This document shows, piece by piece, positions 45,075 to 55,200 of a DNA stretch of 64,000 nucleotides; positions within the stretch are counted from its first letter, which is position 1; the number at the start of each line of letters is the position of its first letter. Origin of the DNA: a virus. Under the pieces are notes generated by a model. The model did no database searches. It was not told where the DNA came from and worked only from the letters and a program-made list of their open reading frames with translations. The stretch lies in the IMG/VR virus record IMGVR_UViG_3300032282_006516, positions 32,001 to 96,000 of that record; one strand, given 5' to 3'. The position numbers and the translations under genes are program-made.

Positions 45075-47333
45075 TCATGCCTTCTGGAACGCCAACACCT
45101 TCAGTCCTTCAAGCACATCCTCTGTCGTGCGAACAGCTTTTTCAAGAGCTGAGACGGGCACGTCGCGAAGACCAAGGCGCGCCGCGAGCAAAAGCTCGCA
45201 CATCTTGAGCTGCGCTTCGTCGATGGCCGGCATGTACGAGATGAACATGCCGACGTTTTCGGGGTTGAGGAAACCCAACGAAAGCACGGTGTCGACAGCC
45301 ATCGGGTCCGGAATGACCGCCGCTTCCTTGACGAGGTCGACCTTGAAAAGCGGCATGTCACGAAGAACACCGGCCGCCGCCGTCTTCGCTTCGTCGAGAC
45401 GCGCGCTGGCCGTCTTGATGTGACGACCAACACGAACCAAGACAGGCGCGCTGAACGCGCTCGCATGGCCGAGCTTCTGCTGCGCGTAGCCCATGTCGAC
45501 GCCGAGCGCGCCGAGCATGAACATCGTGTCGTCGAGCGACAGGAAGTGCTTCTCCGCGCTCGCGAGCTTCTCCACAGGAAACCCGTCGATGGAAAAGCTG
45601 TCCACGCCGCCCGAGCGAATCTGCACCGTCGCCAAAGAAAGCGCTGCCTGCGCCTCCTTGTCGAAGCCGCCCGGGTCGCTCACCAGCGACGTCGGCTCCG
45701 CGTCCCCCAACGGAAGCCACGAGAACGAATCCGGGATGAGCATGTGGTCGCCTTCCGGCGACGGAAGGATGCGCTGGATGTTGGGCTGCACGATGACCTG
45801 CACCTCGCGCCCGTCGAACGTATCCGCATGCAGGATGACACCCCCCTGTTCCGGGGACGCCATCGTCGCCTTGATGTTCATCGGGATGGTGGCTTCGGCC
45901 CGACCATTCGGCAGCAGGTGGTAGAACACACCCATCCCGCGAGGACGACTCTCAAAAAGACCGGCACCGTCGCCCACGCTAACGCCGACAATGTCACCCT
46001 GGACCGCCATCTGGCTGCCGTTGGTGAACAACGACATCGGGAGCGCCTGTCCGTCCACGTCGATGAGATTCGTGAACACGTACCCCACGAGCTGCTTTCC
46101 GTGGTCGTCCTTCACCTTGTAGAGACCGAACTGACTAATCAGCTCCGGCATGTCCTTCTCAGGACTTTGTGCCTCGGGCACACCGTCGTGGCCGACGACC
46201 CCATCACCAAGAGTCATGGTCGCCGCGCCCGTAAGGTCGGCCGCAAGAACCACCTTCTCCCCAAGAAGCCGAAGTGCCTCCCCACGGTCCAGGGCCTTTG
46301 TCTCCGGCAGCCAGCAGTTGTGCGCCGCCGTCTTCAGCGAGTAACCCGAGGCTTCCTTACGAAGCTGGGCCACCGTGGGCTTGAGGTTTTGCAGAGTGGC
46401 ACTCGCGAGTTTGTGCGGACTCGCGGGCTCGTAAGCCGAAAGAATCTTCAGCGCATCGCCCGTGGCAAACCCGTTGACGACGTATTGGGCTTGGAGCCCA
46501 AGGTCGCTGGCGACCTTCTGAAAGAAGGCGCTGTAATCCGACTCATTGATGGTCGGAAGAATGGCTGAGAGAACAGAGGACAGCTTCGTTGCCTTGGAAA
46601 AGGAGCTCATCTTCCCCATGCTGGAGGCCGCATCGAGAAGACCCTTCACCTTCGAGCCGATTCCGCTGGAAGGGCCACGACCGCCGAGGGTGTTCTTGCG
46701 GGAATTCGCCTCGTAGTTGTCGCCATCCGTCATCGCTCCGAAGGGGGTTGGGGACTTCCCCGGAGCGAACGCCTTCTTCTCGGCAGCTTTATACGCCAGG
46801 ATTGCTGAGCCCTGCTTGCCCATGCCGACGTTCATCGTCGCGCCGCCACCGCCGAAGCCGTAGTTCTGGCGGTACGGGGGGTAGAGCTGCCCAATCATCG
46901 ACATGTCGCCGGGGCCACGACCCGTGATGTCGAAAGCCTGCGGACGAAACACGGCTTGACGAAGCCGCGCCTCGGTCAGCGGAAGAACGTGCGAGTCGTC
47001 CGTAACCAGAAGGTCGAGCGGCTGGAGCTTCCGGTCTTTGATGACAATCGGAATACGCGCCGACTTAACGCCCGCCGCGCGCATCGCGTCTTCCGGCGCC
47101 CCGTGCTGAATCTCCGTCTTGTTCTGAATCTCGATGTGCCCGAAGCCGAAGCCGCGCTCCGCATCCACGCGGTCCATCACCACATGGGGCTCGAAGTCCG
47201 CGATGTAAGGAACCTGCTTGAAAAGCTCCTGCATCAGCTCGTTCGGCCACTGATTCGCGTCCTCGGGCATGGTCACCTCGGCGGCGACCTTCTCGAACTG
47301 CACCTGGGGCTCGAAGAACAGCGATTCGGACAT
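45075..47333 (-). CDS. Large hypothetical virion/head-associated protein
   Basis: 752 aa with about 10 K-x-A motifs (FEKVAA, QKVAS, HKLAS, LKTAA, DKEAQ, EKLAS, IKTAS, AKTAA, VKEAA). Confidence 0.7.
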   Translation of the reverse strand: MSESLFFEPQVQFEKVAAEVTMPEDANQWPNELMQELFKQVPYIADFEPHVVMDRVDAERGFGFGHIEIQNKTEIQHGAPEDAMRAAGVKSARIPIVIKDRKLQPLDLLVTDDSHVLPLTEARLRQAVFRPQAFDITGRGPGDMSMIGQLYPPYRQNYGFGGGGATMNVGMGKQGSAILAYKAAEKKAFAPGKSPTPFGAMTDGDNYEANSRKNTLGGRGPSSGIGSKVKGLLDAASSMGKMSSFSKATKLSSVLSAILPTINESDYSAFFQKVASDLGLQAQYVVNGFATGDALKILSAYEPASPHKLASATLQNLKPTVAQLRKEASGYSLKTAAHNCWLPETKALDRGEALRLLGEKVVLAADLTGAATMTLGDGVVGHDGVPEAQSPEKDMPELISQFGLYKVKDDHGKQLVGYVFTNLIDVDGQALPMSLFTNGSQMAVQGDIVGVSVGDGAGLFESRPRGMGVFYHLLPNGRAEATIPMNIKATMASPEQGGVILHADTFDGREVQVIVQPNIQRILPSPEGDHMLIPDSFSWLPLGDAEPTSLVSDPGGFDKEAQAALSLATVQIRSGGVDSFSIDGFPVEKLASAEKHFLSLDDTMFMLGALGVDMGYAQQKLGHASAFSAPVLVRVGRHIKTASARLDEAKTAAAGVLRDMPLFKVDLVKEAAVIPDPMAVDTVLSLGFLNPENVGMFISYMPAIDEAQLKMCELLLAARLGLRDVPVSALEKAVRTTEDVLEGLKVLAFQKA

Positions 47334-47345
47334 GGGACATCTCCT

Positions 47346-48002
47346 CTAGGAAGTCTTGATGATAGCTGACATCGCGATTGAGGCAGAAGGGACCTTCGTC
47401 AGCATGATGACGCCCCAAACCTGTTCGCCTGGATTGATGCCGCCGAGATTAGCCGCCGTCAGCGCCTGGTATTGGTTCCCTGACTCCGCCAGCGTCGTGG
47501 CGTTGTCAAACCCGATGCTAAGAAGCACGCAGGGGCCTGCGCTGAGATTCGCCGTCAAGCTGGCCATCAAATCCACGACCGGAAGTTTGATGGCCAACGC
47601 CGCCTTGATGAGGAAGTTGATTCCTCCGAGTTTGAGCGCGAGTGTTGCGCTAATGGACGCTGCGGCGGAAAGACTTGCGCTAAGAGAGACGGAAATCGCT
47701 GGAAGTCCTATGGACAACCCTAACGATAAAGCGGCTTGAATTGACGCTTGTATCTGCGCAATCGCCGTCAGCTGGAGCTTCAGCGAGGCAAAGGGGTTTG
47801 AGATCGAAATCCCAAACGACAGCTGCAGGTTGATGGCCGCGTTTAGCTGCGCCGAAAGGTCGACGAGCAGCGACCCAAGGCCGAACTGCCCCATCAACAT
47901 AAGGTCGAACTGCACGAGCAACGGAACGACCAAGGACACCGCGCCGTTAAGGCCGATGTTGATACCTCCCAGGGGAAGGCTTCCAACAACGACCGTGCTC
48001 AC
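47346..48002 (-). CDS. Very hydrophobic hypothetical protein
   Basis: 218 aa rich in L/I/S/A; GTGA-coupled to the spike gene. Confidence 0.65.
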   Translation of the reverse strand: MSTVVVGSLPLGGINIGLNGAVSLVVPLLVQFDLMLMGQFGLGSLLVDLSAQLNAAINLQLSFGISISNPFASLKLQLTAIAQIQASIQAALSLGLSIGLPAISVSLSASLSAAASISATLALKLGGINFLIKAALAIKLPVVDLMASLTANLSAGPCVLLSIGFDNATTLAESGNQYQALTAANLGGINPGEQVWGVIMLTKVPSASIAMSAIIKTS

Positions 48003-49237
48003 GCGAGAACCTGTGGGTTCGCCGTGGTGATGCTACCGACGAGCGGAGCCACCGTAGTCACCGTACAGGCAATCGGTGCGTTCGGAACAGGCGGCGAGGA
48101 GAACGTAATCAAGGCCGGGGCGGCGATGAGGTTCATTGAAACAATGTCCCCCAAACGCGCCACTCCAGACTGCCCCGTCCCAAGGCGCACGATGTCGCCC
48201 TTCACGTGCGTGTAGTTTCCACCTGAGATGTCGAAACCATTCTTCGCGACGAAGTTGATGGTGTCGTCCGTCTTCAGCGTGATGGCTTCCGTTACTTCGA
48301 TGTTGAGCTTCTTCTTCACCCGCACGAAGAAGTTTCCCTCGGTGCGCAACACCGTGTTGCCCTTACGGTCGAACACAAACTTCAGCACGGACGTATCGCC
48401 GGTCGAGCTTGAAGCCATGTCACCGTTCTGCGCGACGAAGCCCTTGGGGCTGACGGTCACCTCGTAGACGATGGGGTTGCTCCCCTGCCCGTCATCTCCT
48501 TCGGCAACACCCGCAGCAACGAGAAGTGCCGGGTCCGGCTCCGGGATGGGGTTGTAGACCTTGCCGACCGCTACACGAATGTCCGCGTACTGGTCGGTCG
48601 CGAAAACCCGAAACGTCTGCAGGTACTGGCTCGGGTACTGGTCGAGAGACGGCCCGTCCTGCAGCCCCCACACAATCGACCCGTTCGAGTTGTGGTGCTC
48701 GTAGTTTTCGCTGATGTCCGTCATCAAGTTCCGAAGCGGGATGAACAGACGCTGCGACAGCTCCGTGGCACCAATCTGAAGAACTCCGCCACGATGAAGA
48801 ATGACGAAGTTATTGTCCCGCGTGCGCAGGACAATGTCTCCCGCTTTTACCCGAGGACGATTTCCCGCGAACGACGCATCCGTGGGATGAAGCGGCTGGC
48901 TACCGTGAGGACTGGTTCCGGACGGCGCATCCGGCGACGAGTCATTTACCGTCTGCACAGGCATGAGGAACGCCATAACAAACGGCGCCGTGCTGTCGGA
49001 CGGGATGCAGACCATGCACGTCGACCCGATTTCAGGCACGACGTAGAGCCCCTCCCCGTTGTTCGGGTTCTGATACGGGGACGCTACCTGGACCTGGAAG
49101 TACTTCTTCCGGTCGAACTGCGCCACGACGTCGACCGTCCACTTCACCAAGTTCACGCCTACAACGCGCCCCTGGACCACCTCGGCCGGGTCTGCCCCGG
49201 CCTTGTGCGTGAACGAGTTCCGGAACTTGGTCGTCAT
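47999..49237 (-). CDS. Baseplate central spike (gpV/gp5-like)
   Basis: OB-fold-like GRVVGVN...GEGLYVVPEIGSTCMV; beta-helix-like region; apex VARLGD...GSITT. Confidence 0.7.
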   Translation of the reverse strand: MTTKFRNSFTHKAGADPAEVVQGRVVGVNLVKWTVDVVAQFDRKKYFQVQVASPYQNPNNGEGLYVVPEIGSTCMVCIPSDSTAPFVMAFLMPVQTVNDSSPDAPSGTSPHGSQPLHPTDASFAGNRPRVKAGDIVLRTRDNNFVILHRGGVLQIGATELSQRLFIPLRNLMTDISENYEHHNSNGSIVWGLQDGPSLDQYPSQYLQTFRVFATDQYADIRVAVGKVYNPIPEPDPALLVAAGVAEGDDGQGSNPIVYEVTVSPKGFVAQNGDMASSSTGDTSVLKFVFDRKGNTVLRTEGNFFVRVKKKLNIEVTEAITLKTDDTINFVAKNGFDISGGNYTHVKGDIVRLGTGQSGVARLGDIVSMNLIAAPALITFSSPPVPNAPIACTVTTVAPLVGSITTANPQVLA

Positions 49238-49240
49238 GGC

Positions 49241-52200
49241 TCAGTAGTGATGTCCCGGTACATTCTTCAGATGCTCGCGTCCAGGCTGAAGTGATTGCTT
49301 CTGCGTCAGGCCAAACTCAGCGCCGAACACAACACCCGGAATGGGGTGCGTACCGTGGATGTGGGAAACCTCGCCAAGAGCAGCCGCATCCGCCAGGGTG
49401 GTGCGCAGCCTTTGATGCTGCAACTTCGCCATCCAGTCCTCTTGCAGCTCTAGTGGCATTACCGAAATACCCTTAAGCACCGGCTTGTGCTCGATGGGCT
49501 GAAGCCCCTGCTTAACAAGGTTCTGATTCATCCGATTCACAACGGACAGCGGACGGTACTCACCGCGAAGAACGCTGTCGTGGTCACCGGGATGCACGAT
49601 CTCGGTCAGGTTACCCATGGCCTTGATAACCGTCTCCACGTGCCGGCGCTTGATGCCTTCCTTCTCATAAAGACCGTAAATCTCGTTCGCCAGATGGTGC
49701 TGAACCTTGTCCATCGAACCCGTCGCTTCGTACAGGCGGTGCGGGTTCAGGATTGTTCGATTCGGGTCCGACAGGTGGTCGCCGGCCTCGACCTTGGCGC
49801 CAACCACGGGCGGGTTCCAGTGCGTGTACCCCGCCACGGCTTCGGCGTTCGGCAGATTCTGGTGAAGCGGAAGACCGCCAGCGTCCTTACCGACGTGGTG
49901 TTTGCGGTTTCCGATAAACACGTCCACGCCAGTCGTCGTCGGCTCAATCTTGGTGATGGTGCCGCTCGTCATCGCAAGAGACGACTCGTTCGGGAGCTTT
50001 TGTGGCAGCGACATGAGCTGCTCAAACCGTGCGAACGAGTTCAGAATCTTCGAGCCGTGCTGCTCTCCGACGCCGCCGGTGTGGAAGCTCTTGAGCGTGA
50101 GCTGGATGGCGCGTTCGCCAACGGCATGCGCCGAGTGGACACCGATGTTCGTACCGAGGGCATACGGGTGCCCGCCCGAGTCCAAGCCCGAGCACTTCTG
50201 GCAGATGCCCTTCTCGCTCTCGCACTTGAGCGGGGAGCGCACCACGATTTTCGCGTCCTTCTTTGCCGCCCGAATCTTTCCCACAACGTCGGGGGTAAGA
50301 AGTGTGCCGGCCGGAAGATGAAGGCTACCGTGCGTGAAATCTTGCTGCAGATGCCGGTCATGCACGTCGCGCTCGTTGATGTGTAGCGCGATGCCCTTGT
50401 CCGTGCCGCAGTCGTGTTCGTTCACCGTCAAGTGCATCATGTTGTTCATGAGCAGCTTGGACATGTACCCCGGCTCCTGAACCTCCTGCACCTTCATGAC
50501 CGAGCCGCGACGAGCGCCGTGCATCTGCGTCCAGTACCCGCCGACATCAAGCCCTTCGGCGTAGCTCTTGGTGACCGGAGTGGGAATCTTCCGGTCCATC
50601 GAGTCTTTGTAAATCATCGGAGCGAGAACCATCTGCTTGTACTGGTCCCACCCCGGCTTCACACCGGCCTTGTACATGGTGAAGAGGTTCGTCGGATTCT
50701 TCTCCAGCTTGGCCTCGTGCAGCGCACGCATGTCGCGTTCCGCCTTCTCGTAAACCGTCACGGCCTGGTGATCCTTCTCCGACTGCGACAGCCCCGGTTT
50801 GGCGTAAATCGCCGTCACCTTTTTGTGTGCTTCGTCGAGAGCCTGTGCCCGCGCTTGGCGGTCAGGAGTAAAGTCCTCCAACGACAACGTGTGTGCACCG
50901 ACCGGAACAAAGACACCCTTTGTTTCGGTTGCAACGGGTGTCTTACCCACGGTCTTGGTCAAATCAAACGGATGCCCTGCGCTCGCAGACCGAGGGAGAG
51001 AGACCGAGCCGAACGCCATGCCGTTGCCCAGGTCTTTCAGCTGATTGACCGCAGTTCCGTACTCCGGAGTGTGGTCCTTCGCGATACGCGTGAGCAGGTT
51101 GTTGAGACCTGACTTGTCGATATGATAGTCCATCTTGTGCAGCACATCCTGCTGCATCCCGCTCGGCACGGCGCTCGCCATGAGAATACGACCCGCTGTG
51201 GTCGGCTTTCCGTTGAGATGCACGATGTCGTTGACGTGCAGGGTGCCCTTGCGTACCGCCTCAACGGCTTCGCCAGGATGCTTGACGGACTTACCTGAAT
51301 CCTTCCCAACCAACGACAACTTATAGAGCCCGAGTGCGCTTTCCAAGGTCGGCTGGTACATGACCTGCCCCGTCGCTTCGCTGAACAGGTTGTTCGACGG
51401 AAACATTTTGTGTGCCTCCGCCACAGCCTCACGCGTGATCGGGACGTACGCGCTCATCGTGTCGCCGTCGAAATCGGCGTTGAAGCCACCCGTGACGAGC
51501 GGGTGAATCTTGATGGCGTTGCCTTCGACTGGCTTCGGCTTAAACGCCTGGACACTGTACTTGTGCAGCGCCGGGTCGCGCTTGAGCAGCACCGGGCGCT
51601 CTTCCATCACCTTATCGAGCGCACGCCACACCGCAGGCGTTTGTTTTGAGATGAGCGCAGGACCCTGAAGCTCATTTTGAATAGCACCCATGTCCTTGAG
51701 CTTCCTCACGACAAACGGGCGGTACAGGTCAAGCGCCGCATTCTTGGGCAAGCCCACTTCGTCCAGACCCAATGCCGGCTCAGGGACAATCGTAGACCGC
51801 ATGGTCATGTCCTGACGCCGGTTAACGAGTACATCCTGGAAGTAGCCGTTCTTCGGAGAACTACCGGCAACCTGATGCAGCAAGCCCTTGTGCTTGGCGT
51901 CGGCGTACGACGTTCCCAAGCCAATAATCGCCTTCACACCGTCGTAGTAATCCTGGCGCAGAGATTTCTTGTTCTCGTCCAGGGTGTGCCGGGCCAGAGT
52001 CGGATTCTTCAGTTGATCGTTGACCTTGGCGAAGTCCGAATACAACTGGTTGATGTCCGCGAACTTCAACGCGCCGCTCGGCATCGTCGACACCGGGCGC
52101 ATGACCGGCGGAATGACCGGGATATTGTGAAGGATGTAGGCTTCGCTCGGCTTCATGTCGAGATCCTTCAAGGCGCGAAGGTACTTCACCTTCTTGAGCG

Positions 52201-55200
52201 TCTTGTCGATCTCTTGCGTCTTCGCCGTTTGCAGCGCCTTCTCCGCTTTGGGCAGTTCCTTTGCTACGTCGATGCGGTCCAGGAGGAGCTTGATACCGGC
52301 ACCACCCGTCACCCCGGCCTTAGTGTCCGTAAGACCGCCATTCGCGGCAACGCCCTTTTCGCCGTGAATGACCGCCGTGAAGTCTTTAGCGGACAGACCC
52401 GTTAGATGCCGAATCGGCGCCTCAAACAAAGGATTCGGAAGCGGCTCGGCAAGCCCAATCCGCGTCCACTGACGACCGCCGTGCCCACCGGTCAGGTGCT
52501 CATCGAACAAGCCGCCCGGCTTCGGCATGGGGTCGCCGTTCTTGTCCGTCTTCGACAGCAGCAAATCGGCCGGATTAGGCAACTCTTTCTTTGCCAGCTG
52601 TTTGATGTGCGCGTCCGTCAGAGGAGAAAGAACAAGGTCATGCCCCTTCTTCTCGATGTTGATTCCAGACCCTTTCAGCATGTCGGTGAACTTCTGAAAG
52701 GCAAATGTCGGCTTGGGCGTCGGTAGAGGCCCACCCGTTTGAATCGCTGCCCAAATCTTGTCGTGGTCCGAAGGCCAGCGTTTTGCCGGATTCGTTTGTG
52801 CGTCCGGGCCTTCCGCCTTGTACGTCTGCATCTCGCGGATGTTCGCCGTCGCACCGTGCGCCAACAGCGCGTAGAGGCCGAGCGTACCCATCGACTGTCC
52901 GCCCGTTCCCGAGCCACTAGCCGGCTGAAGGTTCAGGTCGTACGTCTCGTGCGCCCCGCCCGGCAAGTTCATACCAGACCGCACCGAGAGCTTCTTCTCA
53001 ACCTGATGCACGAGCTTGAGGTGGTGCTGCGGCCCCACCATGACCTTGCCGAGGGGCTGCTTCGTCACCGGGTCGAACAGTTCCTCTGTATCCGTCAAAC
53101 CGTGCGCTTTGAGGTCCGCGCGCACCTTTCCCAACGCATCCGTGTTTGGCTCAAAGTTCTTGACGATGTAGGGCTTGCCCGTCTTCTCGACGATTTTCCC
53201 CGCAGCAGTTTCAAGCAACTGACCGACGTTCATACGGCCCGGAACACCCGAAGGGTTGAGCGCAACCTCGATGTGCTTACCGTCTTTCGTGTGCGGCATC
53301 TCCTGGTCCGGGAGGATCATCGTGACGATGCCCTTGTTGCCGTACCGACCCGCCATCTTGTCGCCGACCTGCATCGGCTCGATGGTCCGTACGTGCACCG
53401 CGAGACCGTCCTTGCCCTTATGTACCCCGACAACCTCTCCGGGGAACTCACTGTCCCAACGAAGGCTCTTGTCCGTGTGCGCTCCGCTCATGCTGCGGCG
53501 GATGGCGGCCAAACCAGTGCGGTCTTTGATGTTGTACGGCTTCATGGCCGCGATCAAAGGGTCACCCGGATGAACCGTCTGTCCGATTCTCACCACGCCC
53601 GAATCGTCGAGCTTTTCCAGCTGTTCCTTCTTGAATACTCCTGGATGTTCAAGATGAAACTTCTTCTTGTTTAGAACAAGGTCATCATCAAGCGGGATAG
53701 CGTTCTTCTGAAGGTGTGCGCTGGAGAGCTTCTGCGCCGCGCTTTCCGAGATGACGATTCCGTCCTCAAAGTTGTAGCCCTTGAACGGGATGTACGCCGT
53801 GCGGAGGTTGGTTCCGAGGGCCAATACGCCGTTCCGCGCGTAGTTCGTGTCCGCGATAACCTGGCCGCTTGTCACCTTGTCGCCAACCTTGACCAGAGGC
53901 GTCGAGTGCAACACGCCCTTGGCATCGTTGAGCGGGTAGTTGTTGTAGAGCTGCACTTCGTGGTGCTGGCCCTTGGCGTCTTGAAGAACGACCGCGTCTT
54001 TCTTCAGTTCAACCACTTTTCCGCTCACGGGTGCTTGGTGCGATGCCTGCTTACCGAGCAGCGCCTCGAACGTAGGCGTGCTTTGCATCCCCGTGCCCAC
54101 CTGCACCAGCGGGGCTTGCCGGTGTACGAGCGAAATCGCCTGTTCCATCTGGCGGCTCGCCATTGATGCACGACCGCCGCTCGTGTTCCCAAGGAACGGA
54201 ACGAGGTTCGAGGTCATATTGAAAAGCTGCCAAGCGTGGGGCATCGCGTACTGCGCATCCGACACCTTGCCGTCACGAATCGCCGTACCGGCGCTCATGC
54301 GAACGGTGTCGTGTAGGGGCTTTGGCGTGCCGCCTTCCCAGCGAATCTGGTCCGGGAGAATGATGTTGGAAGTCGCGAACTTGGTTGGCGACACCATCTC
54401 CATCGCATTCGTCTTGAGGTTGTAAAGGCGAATCTTTGCCTCGTTTCCCTCTTTACGAACCCCAAGCGGCAGCCGCAGCGTCACGCCCGTCTTCGCACCC
54501 TCAGGCGTATTGATGGGGTCGAGATACCCGAGATGGCTCGGGTTGACGAACTTCGCCTCGTCTTCGATGCTGCGCTCGCTCTTAATGCCGCCCGTACCCA
54601 TGATGGTCGTCTGCATCGCGGACGAGACCATTTCGACGGGATTGATTTGCGTAGCAACGCGTGCCGCGCTGTTCTTATGAAACACGTCCCTGACGGGCGT
54701 GTTGAACATGTCGAACTTGATGATTTCGCGAATGTCTTTCGCTCCATCAATTTTACGTGCCGTCTTTGCTCGAACCGTTCGTCCGGCCTCGCGCAGCTTG
54801 TCGAAGGCGTAGTCACCCGTCGTACGCAAGTCCTTGAACACGAGCGAGTCCCGGTCATCTTCGGGATGACCGACGCTGACTTTCAAAAGTTTTTCTGTGG
54901 CGAGCTTCAACGTGTCTCCCGTCACATGAGAGAACGGCTTGCCGAGTGTAATCTCCGTCGCATCCGGACGAAGGTTTGACGCGCCCATGACCTGATGGAA
55001 ATGCGCTGCCGCTTCTTCTTTGCTCGGTGCAGCGGTCTTCTTGGAGGTCTTGTAGAACGCCTCCAGGGCCGTGTTGACGCCACGTGCGTTCTTATTGGCG
55101 TCGAGGACTTCTTTTCCCCACGCCTTTTCCAGCTCACCGTCACTAACGCCGAGCGTCTTCAAAAACGGGTACAGCGGCAGCGACGCCTTGCTCGACCCAT

